From IMG/VR virus record IMGVR_UViG_3300027969_000045: DNA of 64,000 nt. One strand, 5' to 3'. The position numbers and the translations under genes were made by a program. This document shows, in pieces, positions 35,382 through 46,606 of this stretch. Under the pieces are notes generated by a model that was not told the origin of the DNA, made no database searches, and worked only from the letters and a program-made list of their open reading frames with translations. Position 1 is the first letter of the stretch. Each line of letters starts with the position of its first letter. This stretch comes from a virus.

Positions 35382-38300
35382 ATGCCACAAAACACTAATT
35401 TAAATGTATCTCCATATTTTGATGATTTTTCTGATTCGAAAAATTACCAAAGAGTTTTATTTAAACCTGGGACTCCAATACAGGCTAGAGAATTAACAAC
35501 TCTACAATCCATTTTACAGAATCAAATTGAAAAGTTTGGAAAAAATCTTTTTAAAGAAGGTTCAATGGTCATTCCTGGTCAAATTGCATATGACCCAGAA
35601 TATACTTGTGTTCAAATTGATGAAGTCCATTTAGGTATTCCAATTTCTCTCTATATTGAGAGCCTTTTGGGTAAATTGATTCAGGGAGAAACAAGTGGCG
35701 TTAAGGCAAAAGTAGAAAATTATATCACTAATTCAGAATCAGAAAGAAATACCTATACTCTTTATATTAAATACCAAAGTTCTAGTAATAATGATTTTTC
35801 GACAAAAACATTTGTTGATGGTGAAAATTTAATTGCATTAGAAGATATTTCATATTCTTTATCTGCAATAAGATCCGGATCTACATTTGCGACATCTATT
35901 CTTTCAAATTCAACCTCTATCGGATCTGCCGCTAAAATTGTATCTGGAGTATATTTTATTCGTGGTTTCTTTATAACTGTAAATTCAGAAACAGTTATAT
36001 TGGATCAATATACTAATATCCCAAGCTATAGAGTTGGTTTATTGATTAATGAAGAAATTGTTGTGGCATCAAATGAATATGTTGATTTATTTGATAATGC
36101 TCAAGGATTTTCAAATTATGCTGCCCCAGGTGCAGATAGGTTAAAAATATCCACATCATTGATTAAAAAAAGTATTAATGATTTTAATGATGAGAATTTT
36201 ATTGAATTACTAAGAGTAGAAAATGGTTCATTGCAAAAGTTTGTAAAAGAAACAAATTACAATTTAATTCGTGATGAACTTGCAAGAAGAACTTATGATG
36301 AGGCAGGGGATTATTATATAACCCCATTTGATATTACAGCAAAAGAATGTTTAAATGACAGAATAGGAAATAATGGTATATATTTTGAAAATCAAGTAAC
36401 AAAACAAGGAAATCCAGTATCTAAAGATTTACTCTGCTTATCAGTAAGTCCAGGAAAAGCATACGTTAGGGGTTATGAAGTTGAAACTATTAATAATACT
36501 ATTATTGATTTAAATAAACCAAGAACTACTGATAATGATTACAATCAAGCAATTCCATTTAATCTAGGAAGACAAATCAATTTAAATAATGTAACTGGGA
36601 CACTTCCAGTTGGATTTGGAACAACTTCATATGTTAATTTATACAATGGAAGAACTGGAATTGCTGGAATTTTTTCCGGAACTCAAATTGGTGTTGCTAG
36701 AGTATATGATTTAAAATTAAAAAATAGTGTTTATGTAGATAATACAACACAATTTGAAACTTCTTTATATGATATTCAAACTTATACAAATCTTACATTA
36801 AATACATCATTAACACAATCCATTCCTGCATTTATTCAAGGAAATAGTAGTGGAGCAAGTGGTTATCTCGTAAATAGTGTTTCATCATCTAATACTTTAT
36901 CATTATATCAAGTTTCTGGTTCATTTGTAAATAATGAAACTATCAATATAAACGGAAATACTAATGTAAGAACGATCATTGGAGTTAGAGATTATAATTT
37001 CTCTGATATTCACCAAATAGTTGGAAATGGAGTAAGTTTCACAGCGGATCCAGTACTTTCAAATCAATCATATATTTCACAACCAGGAACAGTATTTACA
37101 ATTTCAATTGCTTCTGCTGGAATTAGTACAATTACTACTACTGACCAGAATTTTTATGTTGGCATAAACACTGGAGATATTATTTCATATACAAAACAAG
37201 GAGATACACTTCCAACATATAATCAAGTATATCAAGTTAGTACATCATCAAAAAGTATTCAAATTGTTTCGTTACCTTCCATTTCTGGTGTTTGTGTTGG
37301 AACATTGCCAACATCCACATCCACAAATACTGATATTAAAAAATCCACTCTTGATGTTTTAAATACAACAGATGTTTCTTTATATTCCAAATTAAATAAA
37401 TCAAATATTTCAAATTTAACCTTGACCGGTTCTAATATTACAATAAAGAGAAGTTATAATGTAACTATTTCTAATGGTGCTGCAACTCAAGTACTTGAAA
37501 CGGATACTAGTTTAACACTATTACCATTCAATGAACAAGATTATAATTTAGCATTTGCTAATGGAACTATAGAATCATTAAGCGACCAAAAATTAACCGT
37601 TTCTGGAAGAACCGTCAATTTGCAAAATATTAGCCAAAATGGATCTGCAGTTTTGACTGTCAGTTTCAATAAAATTAATGCTTCCACCAAAAAGAAAATT
37701 TTTAATAGATGTTCATCTTTAATTATAGACAAATCGACATCTCAAGGATCTGGTATTGGATCTACAACGTTCAATGATGGATTATCTTACAGTCAAATAT
37801 ATGGTACTAGAGTACAAGATAAAGAAATTTCTTTAAATGTGCCTGATGTATCAAATATTATTGCAATCATTGAATCTTCCACATCTGGGGATCCATCCCT
37901 ATCGTACTTACAACTTATAAATTTATCCTCTAATATTTTAAATTCGGTAAAGGGAGAATTAATCATTGGAGCAAACAGTAAAGCTGTAGCAACATTAGTT
38001 TCATCCACTGGAACAAATCAAATTGATATTGTTTATTTGAATGAGAATATATTTACTATTGGCGAACTCGTTACATTTCAAGAATCAAAAATACAGGCAA
38101 CAATAACAACAGTATTTCCTGGTGATAAAAATATTAAAAATAATTTTATCTTTGATGATGGACAAAGATCCGAATACTTAGATTATTCTAGAATTATAAG
38201 AAAGCCAAACAATTCTTCTCCTACTAGAAAAATTAGAATAATTTTCAATAATTATACAATCAGTTCTTCTGATAATGGAGATTTTGTTGGAGTGAATTCA

Positions 38301-41300
38301 TATGATAAGGATCGTTATGATGATTATATCCCATCAGTTGATGGTCTGAGAGTTACAGATCTTTTAGATTGCAGACCAAGAGTTTCTCAATTCAACAGTA
38401 CAGTTGCGTCTCCATTTGAATTCAAATCAAGAATTTTCCAAAATACAAATGGATCCGCAACTGATATTTTTGCTAAAAATAAAAATATTAATCTTTCATA
38501 TGATTATTATTTACCAAGAATAGATAGAATCTTTTTAGATAAAGATGGCGCATTTATTGTCAATAAAGGAATTCCTTCCCTTTCCCCAAAAGTTCCCAAT
38601 AGTCTAGATTCATCATTAGAAATCGGAACTGTATATTTACCTGCATATTTATTTGATGCCTCTAGTGTCAAAATATCTTTAACAACACACAAAAGATATA
38701 GAATGCAGGATATTTCTAGTTTAGATAGAAGAATTACCAATATAGAATACTACACTTCACTATCTTTACTTGAAACTGATACTCAAAATTTAACAATAAG
38801 AGATTCTACTACTCAACTTGATAGATTCAAATGTGGTTTCTTTGTAGATAATTTCAAATCTTCCAATGGTGGAGATATTTCAAATCGTTTATATAAATCT
38901 AGTATTGATAAAGATGCTGGAACATTAAATCCACAACCATATTCAACAAGTATTGATCTTCTTATTGGTTCAGAATCAATACTTGGAATAGGGACAACAT
39001 CAAATGTAGATGCAGATTTGAGATTTGTGAATGATCTAGGGTCACCAAATCTAACAAGAGTTGGTGATGTTGTATGTTTGAAATATTCTGATGTTGAATA
39101 TGTAAAAAATCCATATGCAACAAGAACCGAAAATGTAAATCCATTTAATGTCGTAAATTGGATAGGGACAATACAACTAAGTCCTTCTTCAGATACTTGG
39201 GTAGAAACAAGAAAAACTGAAAAAATATCTGACATTGAAGGATCTTATAATTCTGCCATTCAGCAATTGGGAGTTGATACTAATACTGGTCTTTCTCCAG
39301 TTGATTGGGGATCTTGGGAAACAACTTGGACTGGAGCACAAGTAACAAATGGTCCAGCACTATTCACACAGCAGACTGGATCCAATTTAACATCTTCAAC
39401 TGATTGGGTTGCTACTTCAGGATTGTGGCAATCTCGCAACCCTGAAAATGGTGTGATGATGCAAAGTCAAGATAGAACTACTACCTATCAAGACAGTTTT
39501 ATTAATTTTTCAAATCAAACTACAATTACATCAAGAAATCAGACTAGACAGGGAATACAATATGGAGTCAACCAAAGATTTGATACAACAAATCTTGGCG
39601 ATAGAGTAGTTTCTAGGGACATCTTGACTTATATGAGATCAAGAAATATTGAAGTTATTGCAAAAAGACTAAAACCAAATAGTCAATTTTATGCATTCTT
39701 TGATAATGTTGATATGACAAATTATATCATTCCTAAACTTCTAGAAGTTTCGATGATAAGTGGAACATTTTCTGTTGGGGAAACTGTTATAGGTATTTTG
39801 GGTTCAAAATCAATTAAATTTAGATTAGCATCCCAAAATCATAAGTATGGACCATATAATGCACCATCCGAATACTATTCAACCAATCCATATGATTCAT
39901 CAAGCACAATTTCATCAAGTTATTCTTCAACTACTGGTTTATTGAATCTTGATACTGCAAGTTTAGAATTGCAATCAAATTCTAGTTTTTATGGTTGTGT
40001 TTCCAATGGAATGCGTTTAATTGGACAAACTAGTGGAGCAATTGCAGACATAAAAAATCTTAGATTGATTAGTGATAATTCTGGATCTTTTATTGGATCA
40101 CTATTTATTCCAGATCCAACTTCACCATCAACTCCAGTATTTACTACAGGAAATAAAACATTTACACTCACTACAAGCTCAACAAATTCTACAATTTCTG
40201 GATTTGCTCAAAGTTCTGCGGAAACTAATTTCTCATCAAGTGGCACATTAGATAATGTAGAATCAACTACTCTTCGCATTCGTAATGCAAATATTTCTAG
40301 AGATGTAAAAACTGATGACAGAAAAACATCAGAAACAGACACAAGACTTGTGGCAAGCACATCATTCATAAACAGAACTGTAACTCAGACTAGATGGGTA
40401 GATCCACTTGCAGAATCATTTGAAGTATCGGATCCGAATGGAGTATATGTAACAAAATGTGATATTTTCTTCAAGTCAAAATCTACAAATAATCTTCCAG
40501 TTACTCTACAAGTAAGAACAATGAGTACTGGTTTGCCAACACAAACCATTCTACCATTTGCCGAAGTTATTTTGGATCCAGACAAAGTTTATATTTCAAA
40601 TGATGCTTCTGTTCCAACTACCTTTACATTCCCATCTCCTGTTTATCTTGAGACTGCAAATTCATATGCAATTGTTCTCCTTTCTGCTTCAGATGAGTAT
40701 AATGTTTGGATTTCGAGAATGACTGAAACTGATATTTCAACTTTAACTAGGCCAGAAGCAGAAAGAATTGTAGTTGCACAACAACCACTTCTTGGTTCTT
40801 TATTTAAATCACAAAATGGTTCTACTTGGGATGCAAGTCAACTTGAAGATTTAAAAATGACACTTTATCGTGCAAATTTTGTGACAAGTTCTGCGTCTGT
40901 GAGATTCTATAATCCAAATTTAGATATTGGAAATAATCAAATTGCAGCACTGAGACCAAATCCAATCCAAATGTATTCCAAATCAAGTCTAGTTGGAATT
41001 GGAACTAGTATTTCTGCTGCCAATCAAGCAAATCTAATTAATGGAGTTCAAATTTTACAAAAAAATAATTCCAATTTCTCTGGAAAATTAAGATCAGTTT
41101 TGGGTGGAATCAGCACTGGAGCAACAGGGACATTAACAATAACAAATACCGGAAGTGGTTATACAAGTGGATCTGTTACATTCCAAAATAAAAATTTAGT
41201 CGCTGTCAGTGGTTATGGTCAAGGTGCCAAAGCAAATCTTACTATAATTGGTGGTGTTGCAGTAGCTGCAACAGTTTCGGTCGGAGGAACTGGTTATGCA

Positions 41301-42899
41301 ATTGGTGATGTATTAAGTATTGCTTCCACGGATACCGGAAATCTGGGAAAAAATCTTCTTATTACAATTCCAAATACTGCTGGTATTATCACTTCAATAA
41401 ATTCTTTAATTATAGATAACATTCAAGGAAAAATTGATTCCACAGATTCGACAAAATATATTACCTATAATGGACAAACTGGTATTGTCACAATGGCGAA
41501 TGCAAGTGTAACCTCACTTATTGATATTACTACTGGTCTGAGAATTAAAGTGAATCATAATAATCACGGAATGTATTCTCCACAGAACAAAGTTACTTTA
41601 AGTGGAATTGAGCCTGATTTGTCGCCATTAAAATTATCTTCATCATATAGTTCTTCTTCAACTTCAGATCTTCCATTATCATCTTCTGCTGCAATATTTA
41701 CAATTTTTGAAAATATTGCAGTCAGTTCAGCAAATACTGGTTATATTAGTATTAAAAATGAAATAATAGGTTATACGGGGGTAAATACTTCGACTAATAG
41801 TTTGACAGGAATCACTAGAGGTCAAATTGCCGGATCGTACTCCGCAAATGATTTGGTATTTAAATATGAACTTAATGGAGTATCTTTAAAGAGAATCAAT
41901 AAAACTCACACAATTTCTGATTTATATAATATTGATTTAGATGAATATAACCTAATATTAGATACATCTTCTGATGGTGCGGATAGAACTACTTCTAATG
42001 TAAATGGATATCCAGAACTATTTTTCTCTCAAAGAAAATCTGGGGGAACATATGAATCAACAAGTCCAGTAGTTGGATTTGAAAAAGGTCCCAAAGCATC
42101 ACAAAATATTCCATTCAGTATCATAAGACCAAATATACAAACGTTATTACCACAAACTACTGAAATTAGTGCCAGAATTAGAACTTTCTCTGGAACAAGT
42201 GCTGACGGAACTGAGGCATCATTTGTGGATCAAGGATTTGAAGATATTTCATTAAATTCAAATAATATTTTAAATTCTACTAGAATTATTGCTTCTAAAA
42301 TAAATGAATCCAATAATCTTGGAAATTATCCAGGAGCAAAATCATTTACATTAGAAATGATACTTTCTACTGGAGATCCAAAAGTATCTCCAATGATTGA
42401 TTTGGATAGAGTAAATATTATTACTATTATGTCTAGATTAAATTCTCCAGTATCAAATTATGCTGCAGATTCTAGTGTTAATAGTTTAACTGATGATCCA
42501 CATGCTGCAATTTATGTGTCAAAAATTATTAAATTGAAGCAATCTGCAGATAATTTGATGGTATTATTTGATGCATATAGAGATGCTTCTAGTGATATTA
42601 GAGTAATGTATAGATTGATGAGAGATGATACCTCATCTCAACAACAAGGATTTGAATTGTTCCCAGGTTACCCAAACTTAAATAATAATGGGGATGTAAT
42701 TGATCCAAAAGACAATAATGGCCTTCCGGATAAATTTATAATACCTTCTGTTAATTTTAATGACTTAGGTAGTTATGAATTTACTGCTCATAATTTAGCA
42801 CCTTTTAATGGATTCCAAATCAAAATTTTAATGTCTGGAACAAATCAAGCACTTTATCCAAAAATTAAAGACTTGAGAGCAATCGCAACAAAATCATGA
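35382..42899 (+). CDS. Large virion structural protein (VrlC/DUF4815-like, 2505 aa)
   Basis: MPQNTNLNVSPYFDDF...RVLFKPG.PIQARELTTLQSILQNQIEKFG; DPLAESF; typical position after gp8. Confidence 0.85.
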   Translation: MPQNTNLNVSPYFDDFSDSKNYQRVLFKPGTPIQARELTTLQSILQNQIEKFGKNLFKEGSMVIPGQIAYDPEYTCVQIDEVHLGIPISLYIESLLGKLIQGETSGVKAKVENYITNSESERNTYTLYIKYQSSSNNDFSTKTFVDGENLIALEDISYSLSAIRSGSTFATSILSNSTSIGSAAKIVSGVYFIRGFFITVNSETVILDQYTNIPSYRVGLLINEEIVVASNEYVDLFDNAQGFSNYAAPGADRLKISTSLIKKSINDFNDENFIELLRVENGSLQKFVKETNYNLIRDELARRTYDEAGDYYITPFDITAKECLNDRIGNNGIYFENQVTKQGNPVSKDLLCLSVSPGKAYVRGYEVETINNTIIDLNKPRTTDNDYNQAIPFNLGRQINLNNVTGTLPVGFGTTSYVNLYNGRTGIAGIFSGTQIGVARVYDLKLKNSVYVDNTTQFETSLYDIQTYTNLTLNTSLTQSIPAFIQGNSSGASGYLVNSVSSSNTLSLYQVSGSFVNNETININGNTNVRTIIGVRDYNFSDIHQIVGNGVSFTADPVLSNQSYISQPGTVFTISIASAGISTITTTDQNFYVGINTGDIISYTKQGDTLPTYNQVYQVSTSSKSIQIVSLPSISGVCVGTLPTSTSTNTDIKKSTLDVLNTTDVSLYSKLNKSNISNLTLTGSNITIKRSYNVTISNGAATQVLETDTSLTLLPFNEQDYNLAFANGTIESLSDQKLTVSGRTVNLQNISQNGSAVLTVSFNKINASTKKKIFNRCSSLIIDKSTSQGSGIGSTTFNDGLSYSQIYGTRVQDKEISLNVPDVSNIIAIIESSTSGDPSLSYLQLINLSSNILNSVKGELIIGANSKAVATLVSSTGTNQIDIVYLNENIFTIGELVTFQESKIQATITTVFPGDKNIKNNFIFDDGQRSEYLDYSRIIRKPNNSSPTRKIRIIFNNYTISSSDNGDFVGVNSYDKDRYDDYIPSVDGLRVTDLLDCRPRVSQFNSTVASPFEFKSRIFQNTNGSATDIFAKNKNINLSYDYYLPRIDRIFLDKDGAFIVNKGIPSLSPKVPNSLDSSLEIGTVYLPAYLFDASSVKISLTTHKRYRMQDISSLDRRITNIEYYTSLSLLETDTQNLTIRDSTTQLDRFKCGFFVDNFKSSNGGDISNRLYKSSIDKDAGTLNPQPYSTSIDLLIGSESILGIGTTSNVDADLRFVNDLGSPNLTRVGDVVCLKYSDVEYVKNPYATRTENVNPFNVVNWIGTIQLSPSSDTWVETRKTEKISDIEGSYNSAIQQLGVDTNTGLSPVDWGSWETTWTGAQVTNGPALFTQQTGSNLTSSTDWVATSGLWQSRNPENGVMMQSQDRTTTYQDSFINFSNQTTITSRNQTRQGIQYGVNQRFDTTNLGDRVVSRDILTYMRSRNIEVIAKRLKPNSQFYAFFDNVDMTNYIIPKLLEVSMISGTFSVGETVIGILGSKSIKFRLASQNHKYGPYNAPSEYYSTNPYDSSSTISSSYSSTTGLLNLDTASLELQSNSSFYGCVSNGMRLIGQTSGAIADIKNLRLISDNSGSFIGSLFIPDPTSPSTPVFTTGNKTFTLTTSSTNSTISGFAQSSAETNFSSSGTLDNVESTTLRIRNANISRDVKTDDRKTSETDTRLVASTSFINRTVTQTRWVDPLAESFEVSDPNGVYVTKCDIFFKSKSTNNLPVTLQVRTMSTGLPTQTILPFAEVILDPDKVYISNDASVPTTFTFPSPVYLETANSYAIVLLSASDEYNVWISRMTETDISTLTRPEAERIVVAQQPLLGSLFKSQNGSTWDASQLEDLKMTLYRANFVTSSASVRFYNPNLDIGNNQIAALRPNPIQMYSKSSLVGIGTSISAANQANLINGVQILQKNNSNFSGKLRSVLGGISTGATGTLTITNTGSGYTSGSVTFQNKNLVAVSGYGQGAKANLTIIGGVAVAATVSVGGTGYAIGDVLSIASTDTGNLGKNLLITIPNTAGIITSINSLIIDNIQGKIDSTDSTKYITYNGQTGIVTMANASVTSLIDITTGLRIKVNHNNHGMYSPQNKVTLSGIEPDLSPLKLSSSYSSSSTSDLPLSSSAAIFTIFENIAVSSANTGYISIKNEIIGYTGVNTSTNSLTGITRGQIAGSYSANDLVFKYELNGVSLKRINKTHTISDLYNIDLDEYNLILDTSSDGADRTTSNVNGYPELFFSQRKSGGTYESTSPVVGFEKGPKASQNIPFSIIRPNIQTLLPQTTEISARIRTFSGTSADGTEASFVDQGFEDISLNSNNILNSTRIIASKINESNNLGNYPGAKSFTLEMILSTGDPKVSPMIDLDRVNIITIMSRLNSPVSNYAADSSVNSLTDDPHAAIYVSKIIKLKQSADNLMVLFDAYRDASSDIRVMYRLMRDDTSSQQQGFELFPGYPNLNNNGDVIDPKDNNGLPDKFIIPSVNFNDLGSYEFTAHNLAPFNGFQIKILMSGTNQALYPKIKDLRAIATKS

Positions 42900-43117
42900 T
42901 TCCTGTTGAAAATAATAAATCATTATTTCGTGATGAAAAATCCGGAGCAATTATAAATTGCTCCGATAGTGATTATGAAAGATATTTGAGAGCAAAAGAA
43001 AATAAATTAAAAGAAATAGAAAAATCAAAACAACTGGAAACTGATATGGAGAATATCAAAAAAGACATTGATATGATAAAGGATTTATTGATTCAATTAG
43101 TTTTTAACAAAACCTAA
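42896..43117 (+). CDS. Hypothetical protein (LFRD..SGAIIN type)
   Basis: ORF track; ATGA overlap. Confidence 0.8.
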   Translation: MIPVENNKSLFRDEKSGAIINCSDSDYERYLRAKENKLKEIEKSKQLETDMENIKKDIDMIKDLLIQLVFNKT

Positions 43118-43147
43118 ATATATTAGAAAGTATTAAAATTTTAAATA

Positions 43148-43492
43148 ATGGCAGCTTCTTATGTTAGTAATATCATAATTAATTCGGGAACTGATTTTAC
43201 CCAAACATTTGATTTTGAAACCACTTCAAATACTCCATTGGATTTGACTGGATATACTGCATATTCCTCCATTAAAAAAAGTCCAGCATCATCAAAAACT
43301 ACTGCCAATTTTGTCGTTTCATTTACCAATAGAGCTTTTGGTAAATTGACAATTTCTTTAGGATCTTCAATAACATCTACAATAAGATCAGGAAGATATT
43401 CCTATGATATTTTACTGGTAGATCCCCTTTCCATTAAAACCAGAGTTGTAGAAGGGAGTGCGATTGTTGCTGCTGGTATTACTACGGTATAA
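43148..43492 (+). CDS. Virion structural protein (Ig-like, DLTGYT...GRY.YDI)
   Basis: ORF track; CTAAATA late promoter upstream. Confidence 0.75.
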   Translation: MAASYVSNIIINSGTDFTQTFDFETTSNTPLDLTGYTAYSSIKKSPASSKTTANFVVSFTNRAFGKLTISLGSSITSTIRSGRYSYDILLVDPLSIKTRVVEGSAIVAAGITTV

Positions 43493-43494
43493 AA

Positions 43495-44130
43495 ATGGCA
43501 GATATAAGAGTAAGACTTGGATCGGAAAACGCAATTAAAGTTCCCGCTACATCTATTGTAGCGGGAGGAAAATTATATCAACTTTCTGATGTTGATGTAA
43601 GTAATGGACAAGTTGGTGGAATGGTTTTGGTGTTCAATTCCACTACATTAAAATGGCAGGCAACTAGCAATCCGGTTTTAGTTGGAACATTGACTGTAAA
43701 TGGAAATACTACACTTGGGCAAGTAAGTACAAATTTAAACACTTTTATTGGAATATCTTCTTTTTTGGGGAAGGTAAATATCGCTGGATCTATTACAAAT
43801 GCTGGTGGTGCAATATTTGATAACGTTAAAATTGATTCAAATATAATTTCATCTTTGCCTGGATCTGGAGATACTTTATATATTGATCCCTATCCAGTTG
43901 GAATAAACACCGGAGGTAAGGTAATAATTAAAGGAGATCTTCAAATTTATGGAGATACTATTTTTTCTGGAATTAGCACTAGAGGATCTGCGTATTTTAA
44001 TTCTGCTGGCAAATTGATTAGTACTAATTCTCCAGAAGTTGGATATGCGTCTACTTCAAATTATATTTTGACAACAGATAATTCAAATGTTCCGGTTTGG
44101 ACAAACATAATAGATGGAGGGCAATATTAA
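43495..44130 (+). CDS. Probable virion/fibre protein
   Basis: LSDVD...MVLVFN....KW; ends IDGGQY. Confidence 0.7.
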   Translation: MADIRVRLGSENAIKVPATSIVAGGKLYQLSDVDVSNGQVGGMVLVFNSTTLKWQATSNPVLVGTLTVNGNTTLGQVSTNLNTFIGISSFLGKVNIAGSITNAGGAIFDNVKIDSNIISSLPGSGDTLYIDPYPVGINTGGKVIIKGDLQIYGDTIFSGISTRGSAYFNSAGKLISTNSPEVGYASTSNYILTTDNSNVPVWTNIIDGGQY

Positions 44131-44131
44131 A

Positions 44132-44323
44132 ATGAATAATGAAAATGATATTGATGTAACAATTCTAATAAATACATATTCGCAAAAAATATCTTCACTT
44201 TCAATTGAAAATATTGTATTGGAATCAAAAATTCAATCTTTAATTAAAGATTTTGAAAAAGAAAGATGTGAATTATTGGAAAAAATAAAAGAATTAAAAG
44301 AAGAAACTACTGATAAATATTAA
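44132..44323 (+). CDS. Small coiled-coil protein
   Basis: ORF track frame; ATG 44132. Confidence 0.7.
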   Translation: MNNENDIDVTILINTYSQKISSLSIENIVLESKIQSLIKDFEKERCELLEKIKELKEETTDKY

Positions 44324-44341
44324 AAGGAAGGTATTCAAATA

Positions 44342-45157
44342 ATGGCACAACCATCATCTCGCCAAGGATTAATTGATTATTGTTTAAGAAGACTTGGTTA
44401 TCCCGTTCTAGAAATTAATATTGAAGATGATCAAATTGATGATTTGGTAGATGATGCTATTCAATATTTTAATGAAAGGCATTATGATGGCATTGAAAAA
44501 GTATTTCTAAAGCACAAATTAGACCAAACACAATTAGATACAATAAGAACTGGTGTTACAACTTCAACTGCATCTTCGGTAGTAGGAATAACAACCGTAA
44601 GATATACGGAAACAAATAACTTTTTGCAGTTGCCAGATCACGTAATTGGTGTGAATAATGTATTTAAAGTAGATTCTAGTACAATATCCAGTGGTCTATT
44701 TAATATCAAATACCAACTGTTCTTGAATGATTTGTATTATTATGGAGCACTCGATCTATTAAACTATGCAATGGTAAAAACATATCTTGAAGATTTGAGT
44801 AGAATTATTACTCCAGATATTCAAATTAGATTCAATAAAAAAAATCATAGATTATATATGGATATTGATTGGAGCCAAATGGGTCCAAATAATTATTTAA
44901 TTTTTGATTGCTATAGATTAATAGATCCTTCAGATGCACCAAGCATTTATAACGATTGGTGGTTAAAAAAATATTTAACTGCTTTGATGAAAAGACAATG
45001 GGGTGTCAATTTAACTAAGTTTAATAATGTATCTCTTCCTGGTGGTATTCAATTTAATGGAGAAAGAATTTTAAATGATGGAATAAGGGAAGTAGAAGAA
45101 GCTGAAAAACAACTCAAGGATGAGTATGAAACTCCTCCAATGGATATGATAGGTTGA
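44342..45157 (+). CDS. gp13: Neck protein gp13
   Basis: LIDYCLRRLG.PVLEIN...DQIDD.VDDAIQYF; KRQWG.NL.KF. Confidence 0.95.
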   Translation: MAQPSSRQGLIDYCLRRLGYPVLEINIEDDQIDDLVDDAIQYFNERHYDGIEKVFLKHKLDQTQLDTIRTGVTTSTASSVVGITTVRYTETNNFLQLPDHVIGVNNVFKVDSSTISSGLFNIKYQLFLNDLYYYGALDLLNYAMVKTYLEDLSRIITPDIQIRFNKKNHRLYMDIDWSQMGPNNYLIFDCYRLIDPSDAPSIYNDWWLKKYLTALMKRQWGVNLTKFNNVSLPGGIQFNGERILNDGIREVEEAEKQLKDEYETPPMDMIG

Positions 45158-45161
45158 TAAT

Positions 45162-46577
45162 ATGTCTCCACTTAATCCTTATTTTTTAAATGGAACTGTC
45201 GGTGAGCAAAGATTAGTACAAGATTTAATCAATGAGCAGTTAAAAATGTTTGGGCAAGATATTGTCTATATGCCCAGAAAGATAGTAAATAAAAGTAATA
45301 TATTAAAAGAAGTAACTGTATCCAACTTTGATGATTCATATAGATTAGAAGCTTATATAATGAATTATCAAGGATTTGGTGGAAGGGGAGATATATTATC
45401 AAAATTTGGAGTTCAAACTACTGATGAATTAACTTTAATTATATCCAGAGAAAGATATGAAGACTTTGTTAGTACTTTTATTGTAAGTAGTGAAGAAATA
45501 GAGGTATCCACAAGACCTGAAGAAGGTGATATAATTTATTTACCTTTAGATAATACAATATTTGAAATTAAATATGTAGAGGCAAAGTCTTCATTTTATC
45601 AATTAAATAATCTTTATATTTATGAATTAAGATGCGAGGTATTTGATTATGAAGCAGATGAAAATATCAACACAGGCATCAGTGAAGTTGATGAATCTGT
45701 GAAAGATTTTGGATACATTACAACTTTAAATATGGTTAAATCTGATGCTGCACCAGCATCTGCAAATATCAATCTCGCATCTAGTCTTGCTGCCGTGTAT
45801 GGTGGTTCAGTTTCTAAAATTGATCTAATCAATGATGGTACTGGTTATTTGGCAACTCCAACAATTTCAATTTCTCGCGCAATTGTTGGGGGGATAAATG
45901 CAACTGCAGTTGCAATTATGACAAGTCGTTCCAATCAAACTGGAAAATCTATTGATAAAATAATGATTATAAATCCAGGAATTGGATATACAGTTATACC
46001 ATCAGTTACAATTGTGAGTTCAAGTGGTTCTGGTGCAATAGCAACAGCAATCGTATCATCTGGTTCTCTGAGTCCATTTGAAATTGTTAGTGGTGGTGTA
46101 GGGTATTCTACGAGTCCTATAGTAGCAATATCAACAGCACCTTCTGGCGGAACAAACGCAATAGCAGAATGTGTAATCAATTCTCTAGGAATAGTAACTG
46201 CCATTAGATATAGTAATGCTGGATCTGGATATACATCAATACCCTCAATTTCTTTCTCTTCACCTATTGGAGTTTCTACTGGAAATTATGTATTTAATGA
46301 AGTAGTTAAAGGTGTTTCTACAGGAACAACTGCACACGTTGCTGATTGGGATTATGATACAAGGATACTTAAAGTTAAAATAGCAAGTGGGTCTTTTGCT
46401 TTAGGTGAATCCATAGTTGGAATTGGAACTACTTTTGGTGGTTCCAATTCCAATTATAAACTTCTTTCAGTTAATACACAAGATGAATATGATCCATATG
46501 CAGAGAACATTCCTATTGAATCAGAAGCAGATGAATTTTTGGATTTTAGTGAGCGCAACCCCTTTGGAGATTTTTAA
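45162..46577 (+). CDS. gp14: Neck protein gp14 with internal insertion
   Basis: EQRLVQDLINEQLKMFG.DI.YMPR; RPEEGDIIYLP; ends DFSERNPFGDF. Confidence 0.92.
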   Translation: MSPLNPYFLNGTVGEQRLVQDLINEQLKMFGQDIVYMPRKIVNKSNILKEVTVSNFDDSYRLEAYIMNYQGFGGRGDILSKFGVQTTDELTLIISRERYEDFVSTFIVSSEEIEVSTRPEEGDIIYLPLDNTIFEIKYVEAKSSFYQLNNLYIYELRCEVFDYEADENINTGISEVDESVKDFGYITTLNMVKSDAAPASANINLASSLAAVYGGSVSKIDLINDGTGYLATPTISISRAIVGGINATAVAIMTSRSNQTGKSIDKIMIINPGIGYTVIPSVTIVSSSGSGAIATAIVSSGSLSPFEIVSGGVGYSTSPIVAISTAPSGGTNAIAECVINSLGIVTAIRYSNAGSGYTSIPSISFSSPIGVSTGNYVFNEVVKGVSTGTTAHVADWDYDTRILKVKIASGSFALGESIVGIGTTFGGSNSNYKLLSVNTQDEYDPYAENIPIESEADEFLDFSERNPFGDF

Positions 46578-46606
46578 ATCTAAATACTTAATAAAAGGAC
46601 ATTATT